A DNA stretch of 64,000 bases, from positions 128,001 to 192,000 of the forward strand of contig JBDTZG010000003.1 in the NCBI GenBank assembly GCA_040005235.1, in the 5' to 3' direction. The translations under genes and the position numbers were made by a program. Origin of the DNA: Acidobacteriota bacterium (GTDB taxonomy: Bacteria > Acidobacteriota > Thermoanaerobaculia > Multivoradales > UBA5704). The notes below the pieces were generated by a model. It had not been told where the DNA came from. It made no database searches and saw only the letters and a program-made list of their open reading frames with translations. Positions within the stretch are counted from its first letter, which is position 1. Every line of letters begins with the position of its first letter. Below are positions 1 to 9,466 of the stretch, in pieces.

Positions 1-83
1 GGATTCTCGGCTATTCTAACGCTCGATCGTCCCGGCGGATTCCGCCCCCTTCCCCACTCCTCCCGTTTTCCGGAGATCTACCG

Positions 84-854
84 ATGCCCCGGCTGCCGTT
101 TTTCCTCGCCCTTCCCACCCTCCTGATCTGCGGCATCGGCGAGGCGTGCGCTATCACCGCTCCTCTCGCTCCGGTCGGTCCCGTCCCCGTCGCGACGCCC
201 GACGCGGGCGGAAAGGCGCTGCAAGTCGCGTTCTTGGTGGTCGATGGGGTCTATAACACCGAGTTGATGGCGCCCTATGACGTGTTCCAACACACGGTAT
301 TCCACGCCAAGCCCGGGATGGCCCCGTTCACCGTCTCTCCCGACGGGAAACCGATCACGACCTTCGAGGGATTGGTCATCGATCCGAAATACAGCTTCGC
401 CGACGCGCCGCCGATCGACGTTCTGGTCGTGCCGAGCGCGGAGGGGAGCATGACCAAAGACCTTGAAAACCGCGGGCTGATCGACTGGGTGAAAAAAACG
501 GCAAAGAGCGCCCGGATCGTGATGTCGCTCTGCGACGGCGCTTTCGTGCTCGCCCAGGCCGGACTGCTCGACGGCCTGCCGGTCACCACCTTCCCAGGCG
601 ACTACCAGAAGTTCGCGGCCAAGTTCCCTACGCTCGATTTGCGAGTCAACGTCAACTACGTCGATGCCGGTAAGGTGATCACCTCGCAAGGGGGTGCCCG
701 CAGCTACACCGCCGCGATGCACCTTGTCGAGCGGCTCTTCGGTCTCCCCGCGGCCCAAGGCATCGGCCGCGGCCTACTGATCCCCTGGCCCCCCGGCAGC
801 GAGAGCGAGCCGGCGGGGGTGGTGGAACCGGGGGCGCTGCCGGCGGGTCAATAA
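84..854 (+). CDS. DJ-1/PfpI family protein, probable N-terminal signal peptide
   Basis: VAFLVVDGVYNTE, DVLVVP, nucleophile-elbow SLCDGAFVLAQAGLLDG, VITSQGG; hydrophobic N-terminus. Confidence 0.85.
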   Translation: MPRLPFFLALPTLLICGIGEACAITAPLAPVGPVPVATPDAGGKALQVAFLVVDGVYNTELMAPYDVFQHTVFHAKPGMAPFTVSPDGKPITTFEGLVIDPKYSFADAPPIDVLVVPSAEGSMTKDLENRGLIDWVKKTAKSARIVMSLCDGAFVLAQAGLLDGLPVTTFPGDYQKFAAKFPTLDLRVNVNYVDAGKVITSQGGARSYTAAMHLVERLFGLPAAQGIGRGLLIPWPPGSESEPAGVVEPGALPAGQ

Positions 855-902
855 AGCGGGAAACTCGTGGCGCGAACCTAGCTCTCCAACCTCCCCTCGC
901 TG

Positions 903-1277
903 CTAGCCGGTCGTGCCGATGAGCTCGTCGTCGTCGAAAAGCGCGCGCTGGCGGGAGGGTTTCATCCGATCGCCAGGAGACGCGTCCACGTCGAAGGTCA
1001 AGCCGGTCAAGTGACCAGAGGACTTGAACTTTGGCCGTTGCAGCACGGATGGAGACGGGTTTGCGGCGCCTGAATCGGCACCTTCTGGAGGGCCAGGCTC
1101 GCCGCGATCCGCGCCATGTTCGGCCTCCTCGAGGCGCTCCAACCCCCTGCTGGTCGAGGAAACCGACTCGCGGACGCGCGAATAGATCTCGACCGAATCG
1201 GCCATCGTCTTTTGCATCTTAACTACGCGACCACCGAGGAGTTCGCGTACCAACTGTGCTCTCTGTGGGGTACCCAT
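903..1277 (-). CDS. Hypothetical 124-aa protein, putative partner of the upstream MBL-protease fusion
   Basis: Strong RBS (GAGGAGG) just upstream of ATG; starts about 30 nt after the stop of 1307..3862 on the same strand. Confidence 0.65.
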   Translation of the reverse strand: MGTPQRAQLVRELLGGRVVKMQKTMADSVEIYSRVRESVSSTSRGLERLEEAEHGADRGEPGPPEGADSGAANPSPSVLQRPKFKSSGHLTGLTFDVDASPGDRMKPSRQRALFDDDELIGTTG

Positions 1278-1306
1278 AGTCAGCCTCCTCTGTGATTGTA
1301 CTCCCC

Positions 1307-3862
1307 TTACCAGCCAAGGCCTAAACAGGTGAACTGGTCCAGGATCTTGAGCTCTATCGCACGCGTGTCATGGTTGTCGGGCCCGAACGGAATGCCCTTG
1401 AGGTATAGGCGCTTGGCTTCGCAGAGCGCTAGAGCGGGTGCCTTGCCTCCAATGTAAAAACGCCAAAAGTATTCGTGCATCGGCCCGCCGAAGTACCCAT
1501 ACGGCGCTTTGAGGGGGGAATAGTGGACTCCGGTCGAACCCACGAACGCATTGGCGCCGGCCAGTAGAAGCGACAAAGGGATGGACGCCTCAGGAGTTCG
1601 AGGAGCAACCTCCTCGCCGGCACGCATGAAGCCCGCAGGAGACTTCACGACCAGGGCACCCCAGCAAGCGCCCGACAGAACCACCGCACCCGCCGCCTTT
1701 CTCACGCTTGAGGTAGTAATCGCTTCCACTTGGCCGCCGATGACTGCCCGGTCGCCCCAGAAAGCGCGACCATCCCAGTACGCACCATGAAGCATGAAGT
1801 AGAGAACGTCACGCTCCAATGAGTCGGCCGGGAGCTGGCGAGCCTCGTGAGGCTCAGACACATAGGCCGAGTCCGTCCCGGGGAGTAGCCGCTCGAAGAC
1901 TTCTCGCGCAAACGGACGCATACAGTTGAGGATACCGGTCCGAGCCTTCGGGGTCGCTGCGCGGTTCGCTCCAAGCGCCGCCCGCACCAAGTCCGCCGAT
2001 CGGCCGTCAGGAATCCTAGAGACCGGCCGGGCAAATCGATGATTGTCCTGGATACCATAGTCGTCGTCGCTCCAAACGACGAAGGAATCCTCGTCTTGCG
2101 CTGCGGAGGGAGAAATTAGGGCGCGGAGGTTGTCACCGATGGTGTCTCGGACGCAGCTGGGCACGACGTCATAGCCGCCGAGAAGGACAACGCCGTCGAA
2201 CTTCGCCGAGTTTTCCTGGACCGTGCCGACCGCGTCAAGAGTAGATACGCCCGCGTCGAGGTTTAGAAGCGCTGCGACCCGCTCCACGGCTGTAATGGCC
2301 TCCTTCGCCTCTGCCCTGCCGATGCTCTTGGCGAGCGCGGCGGGTTGAGTGACGAAGAGAAGTTTCGGCAGCGCGCGACCGCCAGCAACGAGCATACCCG
2401 TTAGGTCTGGGCGAGGCCCGGGGGGACGAGGCGGTGGCGGGTCGGGCGGGTCGGGCGGATTGGGTGAAACAGGCGCCTGTAGCGGGTCGCCTGGGGTAAT
2501 TTCAATCGTCACCGTGACCTTCGTCGCCCGGTGGGGAATCGAGATCTTGGCCTCGACAAACTCGGTCTCTGTCCGTTCAACCGTAACTCGCGGCGTGACC
2601 GCTGGGGCGACTTGGGTCACGGATATCGATGGGGCGACAACCGCAGCCTCGGGAAAGGTGTCCTGACCGTTGGGAGTGCTGTCATTGAACTGTCCACGAG
2701 TCTTCGACCAACTGACCGTGCCATCTGGGGCGACGTGGATACCGATCAACCCATTGCGATCCGTTCGCGTCCACTTAATGGCGCTGCGGTTGGCGTGGAG
2801 CAGGTCCAGCACGCCGGGATCCGGATGTCCGGCATCCTGCAGCCCACCGCTCATCGTGTAGTAGACGGTTTTTCTCATCTCGCCGAGCACACTCTCGTCG
2901 AAGCCGTTGTAGCTTGCGTGGTGGGAGAGTTTAACAAGCGAATACTCGCCTGCCAGTAGGCCCCGGAGTGTCCGCATTGCCGGGCCGAGGCCGGCTATCT
3001 CAGGCTTGGCGAACTGCATGTCACCTGCGAGCAGAGATCGCTGGCCGTCGCCGCCGATCGTCATTACAAGGCTCTGATTGTTGAGCGCGGCGCCCTTGCC
3101 GGGACTATCCGCACCCTCAAGACTGTCGGTCGAGACCGATACTGCGTCACGGTAGGCGCTAACAAGATCGTCCGTGTCTGCATTCGGGCGGCGACTCAGG
3201 GTGTCGCGGGCATTCGTCTGAAACGCGGCCAGAGCGCGCGCACAGATTATCAGGTGCTCTTTGGTGGGTCCAACGACGCGCAGACCCAGCGCACGGAAGG
3301 CGGCCTCGACGGGCTTGGCGTCCGAGGGCTGGGTGTATAGGTGGACCCGGGCCTTTTGGTCGATTAGGGCCTGGATCATCGCGCGATAGCGTTGATCCTG
3401 AGTGGCAGCGTCCGCGATGAACTCGCGAAGTGCTGCGTCCGAGAGACGCGAGCGATCCTCTTCGACCAGGGCGGCGATTAGGTTCCGCTCCGGAAGCACC
3501 ATGCCCCGTAGAGCGTCTCCTCCGCCGATTCTGCCTGTTCCGAGGTCAGGATCGGCGACCAAGGCCCAATCGGCCTTCAGATCCCCATCCTCGACCAGTT
3601 TTGGCAGGCAGCCAATGTGGTCCGCGTGGCAGTGGGTGACGACGAGAAGATCGACGTGAATAGGCTCGTCATTCGCGAGACCGAGAAGTGTGCGCAGCTG
3701 TGTAGGAAGGGCTGGGGTATCGGGGCTCCGCTGTTGCCAATCGGCCCGATGGCCTCCGTCGATCAGGATGATCTTGCCGGCACCTTGAACGAGAATTGAA
3801 TCCCCGTACATCTCAAGGCCCATGTCGAGTAGGTGAACGGAATAGGCAACCGGATCTGACAT
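1307..3862 (-). CDS. ComEC/Rec2-type MBL-fold metallo-hydrolase fused to a C-terminal C25 (gingipain/caspase-fold) cysteine peptidase domain
   Basis: Start MSDPVAY at 3862 with AAGGAG RBS; MBL motifs LIDGG, THCHADH, NNQS, LAGD, KLSHHAS, GHP, RTD; Pro-rich linker; protease-like motifs VVLLGGYDVVP, VSRIP, YFMLHG, SGACWG, FVGST. Confidence 0.75.
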   Translation of the reverse strand: MSDPVAYSVHLLDMGLEMYGDSILVQGAGKIILIDGGHRADWQQRSPDTPALPTQLRTLLGLANDEPIHVDLLVVTHCHADHIGCLPKLVEDGDLKADWALVADPDLGTGRIGGGDALRGMVLPERNLIAALVEEDRSRLSDAALREFIADAATQDQRYRAMIQALIDQKARVHLYTQPSDAKPVEAAFRALGLRVVGPTKEHLIICARALAAFQTNARDTLSRRPNADTDDLVSAYRDAVSVSTDSLEGADSPGKGAALNNQSLVMTIGGDGQRSLLAGDMQFAKPEIAGLGPAMRTLRGLLAGEYSLVKLSHHASYNGFDESVLGEMRKTVYYTMSGGLQDAGHPDPGVLDLLHANRSAIKWTRTDRNGLIGIHVAPDGTVSWSKTRGQFNDSTPNGQDTFPEAAVVAPSISVTQVAPAVTPRVTVERTETEFVEAKISIPHRATKVTVTIEITPGDPLQAPVSPNPPDPPDPPPPRPPGPRPDLTGMLVAGGRALPKLLFVTQPAALAKSIGRAEAKEAITAVERVAALLNLDAGVSTLDAVGTVQENSAKFDGVVLLGGYDVVPSCVRDTIGDNLRALISPSAAQDEDSFVVWSDDDYGIQDNHRFARPVSRIPDGRSADLVRAALGANRAATPKARTGILNCMRPFAREVFERLLPGTDSAYVSEPHEARQLPADSLERDVLYFMLHGAYWDGRAFWGDRAVIGGQVEAITTSSVRKAAGAVVLSGACWGALVVKSPAGFMRAGEEVAPRTPEASIPLSLLLAGANAFVGSTGVHYSPLKAPYGYFGGPMHEYFWRFYIGGKAPALALCEAKRLYLKGIPFGPDNHDTRAIELKILDQFTCLGLGW

Positions 3863-3905
3863 AACTATCTCCTTTGGCGACAGATGCTTAGGGTAGTCGC
3901 CACAC

Positions 3906-4784
3906 CTATCGCGCCCCGGTGAGGAGCGGTTCGAGCGCCGCCAGGGCGGCCTTGGCGTCGAGCAGCTCGACACCGATACCGGCGAGGAGATTGGGGCCTC
4001 CCAGGCCGTCTCCGCTTTGCGGATCGATCCGGTGAACGACCCGAGCCCGGAGGCGGACTTGTCCAGCCAACGGCGCCGGCAGGTGCAGCTCGATCTCGAC
4101 CAGGTCGCCGATCCGTGCCGGCTGGACGGTCGAAACGAACAGTCCGCCCTGGCGCAGATCGCGCTCGTAGACCGACAAAAACTGTTCGATCGAGCTGAAG
4201 CGGACGGCGATCGGTACCTGGGCATGAGGAAAACCCAGAGCCGCCGGCCCCGAAGGTGCAGGCGCGCCCACGCGGACGATCGGCACCCGGTTCGAGGGGA
4301 ACGAACCAGGAGTGGGCGGACGCGGCGGCGGGACCGCGGGCACGGGAGCCGCCATCGGAGTCGCGGGGGACAGCTTCGGAGCAGCGGGCACCCGAGGCAG
4401 CACGGGCTGGGGCAGGGAGACGATCGGCGACTCGGCGGTGAGCCCGCCGCGATCGGCGCGGACCGCCTGGGGGAACAGCTCGCGGACGAGATCCTCGATC
4501 GGCAGGAAACGGACGCCCATCCCCGAGGGACCGAGAGCTGAGAGATCCAGGCTCACTTTATGCGCGTGCGCCACCTCGGCTTCGACGACGAACCCGGAGC
4601 GTGGATCCAGTACCTCGACGCGGATCCGCACGGCCTTGGGCAGCGGCTGGTGGGTCACCACGAACATGCCCGTGGTCGAAATGTTCGTGGTGTAGCCGGT
4701 GACCGACCGCTCCTCGCCCACGCGCCAGAAGCGCACCGGCAGGCGGCGGACGACCCGGTCGCTCTCGCGTCGATTGGATATCAT
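3906..4784 (-). CDS. Double PilZ-domain protein
   Basis: N-terminal RRESDR...NISTTGMFV; Pro-rich linker; second PilZ-like domain VRFSSIEQFLSVYERDLRQGGLFV...GIGVEL. Confidence 0.8.
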   Translation of the reverse strand: MISNRRESDRVVRRLPVRFWRVGEERSVTGYTTNISTTGMFVVTHQPLPKAVRIRVEVLDPRSGFVVEAEVAHAHKVSLDLSALGPSGMGVRFLPIEDLVRELFPQAVRADRGGLTAESPIVSLPQPVLPRVPAAPKLSPATPMAAPVPAVPPPRPPTPGSFPSNRVPIVRVGAPAPSGPAALGFPHAQVPIAVRFSSIEQFLSVYERDLRQGGLFVSTVQPARIGDLVEIELHLPAPLAGQVRLRARVVHRIDPQSGDGLGGPNLLAGIGVELLDAKAALAALEPLLTGAR

Positions 4785-4807
4785 TCCGGGAATTCTAACG
4801 GATTTGT

Positions 4808-5917
4808 TTACCGAACACCGGGCATCGGTTCCCACGAGCCCGGCGCGGCCCACGGTTTCGCGGCGGCGCGGACGATCAGGCGCTCCTCGTCGTGCCAGTG
4901 GCGGTCGAGCATGTAGATCCGCGGATCGACCGGGGCGAGCTCGCCGCGGGGGTCGCGTCGGCGGACCTCGAAATGCAGCTGCGGCGCGAGCGCCCAGCCG
5001 CTCTTGCCGACCGTGCCGAGCTGCGTTCCGCGGGCGACCCGAGCGCCCGTTCGGACGTCGATCCGTTCGAGGTGGCCATAGGCGGTCGCGAACCTATCGC
5101 CATGGCGAATCACCACCACCTGACCGAGGCGAAACCAGGACGGGCTCGAACCGATCGATGCCTGGCCGGCGAAAGCGACCACGCCGGCCGCCGCGGCGAC
5201 CACCGGGGCGCCGGCGGTCGCCGCGAGATCGACGCCGGGATTCGATTCGAGGTCCTTGGTGAACGGGTTGCGGTGGTTGCCGAACGGCGTCACCAGCACC
5301 AGGTCGTCGCCCGAGAGTGGGCAGCGCGACGGGATCTCCGCCACTTCGGCCGGATGAGCCACTTCATAGCGGCGAACCTCCGCGAGCCCCTTATCGAGCG
5401 CGGTCAGGTTTCGCACCACCACCGAGCGGATGTGCTCGCCTTCCGCGATCGCCCCGCCGTAGATCGAATCATCCTCGCCGGAGGCGGCATCGGCCGCCTC
5501 CATGTGCCGGGGCGGCAAGCCGTAGGCGAGCCGGAGCTTGGCGTGCTGAAGGCGTAGCCCCTTGGTCTGCTCGTCGAGCTCGGAAAGCTGGGCCACCATT
5601 CCCTTGAGCCGCGCCCCCTGGTGCGTCCGTTCGACCTCCAGGGTCTTGATCTCGGCGCCGCCGAGCGCGGCGGAAAGGACGTCCTTGGCGAGCGCCAGCC
5701 CCAGCGAGACGAGAAAGAGATAGCCAAGGACCAAGGAGCAGGCGACGGTGAGGGCGAAGCGGCCCAAGATCAGGTAGCGGACCTTCCGGCGCCCGTCGGC
5801 CGGGTGGATCTGCACCTCGACGAACCAGGGTCCGGTGGGAGGACCCGCCGCGGTACCGAGCGTCTGCGGCCGACCGGGGCGCGCGGGCCGGCTCGGCCCG
5901 GTCGACCTAGGACTCAA
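4808..5917 (-). CDS. M23 family metallopeptidase with N-terminal TM helix and coiled coil
   Basis: NPGVDLAA, TAYGHL, GTVGKSG, PQLHFEVR; TTG start overlapping suhB stop (TTGA); first Zn-ligand His of HxxxD appears as Asn. Confidence 0.8.
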   Translation of the reverse strand: MSPRSTGPSRPARPGRPQTLGTAAGPPTGPWFVEVQIHPADGRRKVRYLILGRFALTVACSLVLGYLFLVSLGLALAKDVLSAALGGAEIKTLEVERTHQGARLKGMVAQLSELDEQTKGLRLQHAKLRLAYGLPPRHMEAADAASGEDDSIYGGAIAEGEHIRSVVVRNLTALDKGLAEVRRYEVAHPAEVAEIPSRCPLSGDDLVLVTPFGNHRNPFTKDLESNPGVDLAATAGAPVVAAAAGVVAFAGQASIGSSPSWFRLGQVVVIRHGDRFATAYGHLERIDVRTGARVARGTQLGTVGKSGWALAPQLHFEVRRRDPRGELAPVDPRIYMLDRHWHDEERLIVRAAAKPWAAPGSWEPMPGVR

Positions 5918-6804
5918 GCCTTCCCCTGGACGGTTTCGCTTCCGCCATCCGCGCGTTGATCCGCCCGTTGATCTGCCCGTTGATCTGCCAGCAAGCGCTC
6001 GGCGATCCCCGCTTCGGTCGCGTGCCGGGCGATCTTCGCCAACAGCTCGGGCTGGACGCCGGAGCCGCCGGCCACCACGTTGCCCGAAACGAAGGAATCC
6101 TCCCCGCCGTCGACGTCGGTGACCACTCCCCCTGCTTCGCGCACAAGGAGAATGCCGGCGGCGATGTCCCAAGGCGAGAGCCGGAACTCGAAGAAACCGT
6201 CGTAGACCCCCGCCGCGGTGTAGGCGAGATCGAGCGCGGCGGCGCCGCAGCGGCGAATCGCCTTCACCTCCAGAAAGATGTCGCGGAACGCCTCCAGGTA
6301 GAGATCGAGCGTCGGGTGCGCCCGCCAGGGATAGCCGGTGGCCAGAAACGCGCCGCGTAGGCCCGGCCGGGCGGAAGATCTCATCGGCCGATCGTTCCAG
6401 GTAGCACCCTGACCCGCCGCCGCCGCGAACCGGTTGCCCCCTTCCGGATCGAGCACCACGCCGGCCAGCAGCTCGCCGGAGCGGCGCCGGCAAGCGATCG
6501 AGATGCAATACACCGGCAGCCCTTGAAGGAAGTTGGTCGTCCCGTCGAGCGGATCGATCACCCATTCGAATTCGCTCGCGCCCCCCGCGTCGATCCCGCG
6601 CTCCTCGGCGAGGACGTGATGATCGGGAAAACGCTCTCGCAGCAGCCCGACGATCGCCGCCTCGCTCTCGCCGTCGGCGCGGGTGACGAAATCGTTCTCG
6701 GCTTTCTTGCGCACCTCCAGGTCGGCGGTGCGGAAATAGCGGCGGAGCACGGTCGCTCCGGCCTCGGCCGCGGCGAGTGCGGCGGCGAGCAATTCAGTCG
6801 TCAT
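5914..6804 (-). CDS. suhB: Inositol monophosphatase family protein
   Basis: DFVTRAD, LAEE, WVIDPLDGTTNF, RRCGAAALDL, PWDIAAG. Confidence 0.92.
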   Translation of the reverse strand: MTTELLAAALAAAEAGATVLRRYFRTADLEVRKKAENDFVTRADGESEAAIVGLLRERFPDHHVLAEERGIDAGGASEFEWVIDPLDGTTNFLQGLPVYCISIACRRRSGELLAGVVLDPEGGNRFAAAAGQGATWNDRPMRSSARPGLRGAFLATGYPWRAHPTLDLYLEAFRDIFLEVKAIRRCGAAALDLAYTAAGVYDGFFEFRLSPWDIAAGILLVREAGGVVTDVDGGEDSFVSGNVVAGGSGVQPELLAKIARHATEAGIAERLLADQRADQRADQRADGGSETVQGKA

Positions 6805-8738
6805 GGGGTTCCCTTCGAGTGCGGAGCGGTGAGGCCGGGAGGAGTCGATCGCGCGGTTCCGAGCGCAAAAAAGTCGCGCACCGCCGCCTCGGCGGGCCGG
6901 CCGAGAAAGCGAAAGTCGGCCCGGCCGGAGCGTTGCGCCGCCGCGCTCTCGTCGCTGAACGACTTCCAGACGAATACCCCGGCGAGCCACGGCCGGCGGC
7001 CGAGCGCGGTGAGCAGCGCACGATAGGCGCGCAGCTGGTCCTGCTCGTCGAGGTCGCCGCCTTCGGCGTTCGGCTCGCGCCAGGCCGCGCGGCGCGCCGA
7101 AAACCCGACTTCGGTGAGCAGCAGCGGACGGCGCGCCTTCTGGGCGATCCGCGCGAGGCGGCCGACGACCTCTTGGGCTCCGCGATCGAGATCCGCGTCG
7201 GTCGCCTGATCGCCCGCGGCGAGCGGATAGTAGGCATCGACGCCGACGAAATCGAGCGCATCCCAAAACGGAATCTCCGGCGCCCGATCCCAGTTCGCGG
7301 CGTAGGTCACCTGGCCGGGAAAGATCGCCCGCACCGCGGCGATCAGCTCCCGCCAGGAGCGCTCCCGTTCCGGCCCGATCGCCGTCCGGTCGAGCTCGAC
7401 GCCGACGCAGAAGAGCTCGGCCTGCGTCCAGGCGGCGAGCATCGCGTGATGGAGCACGTAGCGCCGGTAGCCGCTCCACCATTGCGCCCAGGACGCCTCG
7501 TCGCGCATTTCGATCTCGCCCGGCCAGCTGTCGTGCCCCACCCAGAGGTGCGGTTTCCAGAGCACGGATAGACCCTGCGCGTGGGCGCGCCGCGCGGCAT
7601 GGATCAATCCGACATCGGTCTCGGATGAGGGGTGATCTCCCAGGAAGGCCAGCCCCGGCGCGTGGGGGTCGCGCTCGAAGGCGAACGGCATCAACGAAAC
7701 GGAGTCGGCGCCCAGCCCGGAGAGGCGGGCGTACTCCCGGTCGACGCTCGGTGCGTGGTAGCCGCCGTCGATCGAGTTGAGCATTGCGAAGGAGACGCCG
7801 CGCAGAAAACGGCTCGGGCCGAGGCTGCCGGCCGCCAGGGCGAGGGCGTTCTTCGGGGTTGCCCCGGAGGCCATGCCGGCGGCCCTACCGGCGAGTGCCG
7901 CCAGCTGGGACCCGAGCGCGGCCGGCTCCGGCAACCCTCCACCGAGCTTTTCGGCCAGCGTCTTGCCCGGGCGCCGGTCGATCCACGCCGCCGCGACCGG
8001 CGTCGCGAGTAGCCGGGAGGCGTCTCTCGGCCGATCCACGGCGAGCAGCTCGGCGGCGGAGGGAAACGCGCCGGCTCGCGCGAGCGGGCCGAGCCACTCC
8101 TCGAAGGGGCGGCCGTACCAGGTCCCTGCGGCCAGCCAGAGCGCAGCGCCGTCGGCGATCCCCGGCGGAAGCGCCGGAAGCGCCGAGCGCGCGAGGAGCC
8201 GGTGCGCCACGGCAAATCGATACGCCTCGCGGTCGGCGGGATCGAAGACCAAGGTCAGGTCGGCGCGTCCCCCCGCCACCGCTTCGCCGACGGCGCCGGT
8301 CGCCCGCGCCTGGGCGGTGAAGTCCGGCTCGACCGCGATCTCAACGTTGAGGGCGCCGAGGCCACCGAGGCCACCGAGGGCGCCGAGCGGTCCCGCGTAG
8401 GGCAAGCGAGCCGCCATCGAGTGGAGCGAGCGATCCAAATCGGCCGCCAGCTCGGCCAGCTCCGCGCGATGCGGATCGCCCGAAGACACCCGCAGCGCGA
8501 TCTCACCGCTTCTCAAGATCTCCGTCCCGGCGACAACCTTGGCCGGATCGGTCGCCGAAGCCGGCGATGACGCTGGAGAACCGGCCCGGGCCTCGGCCGA
8601 CGCGTCGGCTGACGCGAACGGAGGATCGGGAGCCGGCGCCGCCTCGGCCTGCTCGGCCGGCCGGCAGGCGGAGGCGACAAATACCAGCAGGAAGAGCCCG
8701 AAGGGCCGAAACTCGAAGCGCGAAACGCGGAAACTCAT
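6801..8738 (-). CDS. Lipoprotein with C-terminal GH113-like TIM-barrel glycoside hydrolase domain
   Basis: Lipobox VASAC; WKPHLW, GVEL, TYAANWD, FWDALDFVGVDAYYPL, LTEVGF. Confidence 0.75.
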   Translation of the reverse strand: MSFRVSRFEFRPFGLFLLVFVASACRPAEQAEAAPAPDPPFASADASAEARAGSPASSPASATDPAKVVAGTEILRSGEIALRVSSGDPHRAELAELAADLDRSLHSMAARLPYAGPLGALGGLGGLGALNVEIAVEPDFTAQARATGAVGEAVAGGRADLTLVFDPADREAYRFAVAHRLLARSALPALPPGIADGAALWLAAGTWYGRPFEEWLGPLARAGAFPSAAELLAVDRPRDASRLLATPVAAAWIDRRPGKTLAEKLGGGLPEPAALGSQLAALAGRAAGMASGATPKNALALAAGSLGPSRFLRGVSFAMLNSIDGGYHAPSVDREYARLSGLGADSVSLMPFAFERDPHAPGLAFLGDHPSSETDVGLIHAARRAHAQGLSVLWKPHLWVGHDSWPGEIEMRDEASWAQWWSGYRRYVLHHAMLAAWTQAELFCVGVELDRTAIGPERERSWRELIAAVRAIFPGQVTYAANWDRAPEIPFWDALDFVGVDAYYPLAAGDQATDADLDRGAQEVVGRLARIAQKARRPLLLTEVGFSARRAAWREPNAEGGDLDEQDQLRAYRALLTALGRRPWLAGVFVWKSFSDESAAAQRSGRADFRFLGRPAEAAVRDFFALGTARSTPPGLTAPHSKGTP

Positions 8739-8940
8739 CCTCGCGAGGATACCCCGACTCGTCGGCCACGCTTTCGGGCATGAATCGTGCGTTAAGGCCG
8801 AGACGAGACGACCCGAAAAACAAATTTCACGAAGTGGTCATTTGGTTGTCCCTTCAAACGGGTCGAGCGGAAACGGATAGGAGAGGGAGAGAAATTTCTT
8901 GCAGCGTGTCCTTTCCGAAGGGCACGAGGAGGAGAGACCG

Positions 8941-9294
8941 GTGAGCAAGGCAACAGATAGCAAGGAAGCGGGCAGCAAGAACCTGAAGCCGATGGCGATC
9001 CAGGAGTTCCTGCGCGCACGGTCGAGCCGGAAAGACAATCGCGAGATCGTCCGCGACCTGCTGCGCGGCGTCGGCGCCGAAACCATGGCCGCAGCAGCCA
9101 CGAAGAGCGGCGTTGTCTCGGCGCTGTCCGGATTCGGTGACAGCCCTGACCGTTTCGATCCCGATCCGAGCCGCTATTCCGACGCCTTTTCCCGCCTGCT
9201 CGGGCCGGCCGCCGAGCGGGCGAGCCGCCCCGCTTCCGGGCTCGAATGGCAGGTGGTAGACCGGGAGGTCGTGGCGCTCCCGAACGTCGGCTGA
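8941..9294 (+). CDS. Small hypothetical protein
   Basis: GTG start with GAGGAGG RBS; GC3-rich codon usage; helical IQEFLRARSSRKDNREIVRDLLRG segment. Confidence 0.55.
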   Translation: MSKATDSKEAGSKNLKPMAIQEFLRARSSRKDNREIVRDLLRGVGAETMAAAATKSGVVSALSGFGDSPDRFDPDPSRYSDAFSRLLGPAAERASRPASGLEWQVVDREVVALPNVG

Positions 9295-9437
9295 CCTCCG
9301 GCACGAATAGAACCGCCGTCGGCTCCCCTCCGGCGGCGCTGGTTGTAACGCCGCCCTCCCTCCGGGCGCCTATCATGGGGCGGTTCCAGTGAGGCCTGCC
9401 AGCCGAGCAGGAAGAGTTGCGCAAAGTCTTTCCCTAA

Positions 9438-9466
9438 TTGACCTTCTCGGTCGATCGGCCTAAAGT
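9438..9466 (+). promoter_or_regulatory. Putative sigma70 promoter for the S74 fibre gene
   Basis: TTGACC-N17-TAAAGT about 150 nt upstream of ATG 9618. Confidence 0.5.

Noticed and set aside
1307-3862. MBL-protease fusion as an effector of the type III system
   Set aside because: About 58 kb away and no CARF/SAVED-like sensor domain recognised
3863-4225. N-terminal extension of the 972-aa ORF
   Set aside because: Overlaps the PilZ gene; an AAGGAG RBS supports ATG 3862
5951-5990. 12-bp x3 repeat (DQRA) at the suhB C-terminus
   Set aside because: Short slippage repeat in a variable tail; no evidence of function
9315-9326. 12-nt match to the tRNA-Thr 3' end as a possible att site
   Set aside because: Short, GC-rich, in opposite orientation to the tRNA, core genes lie between, and there is no integrase
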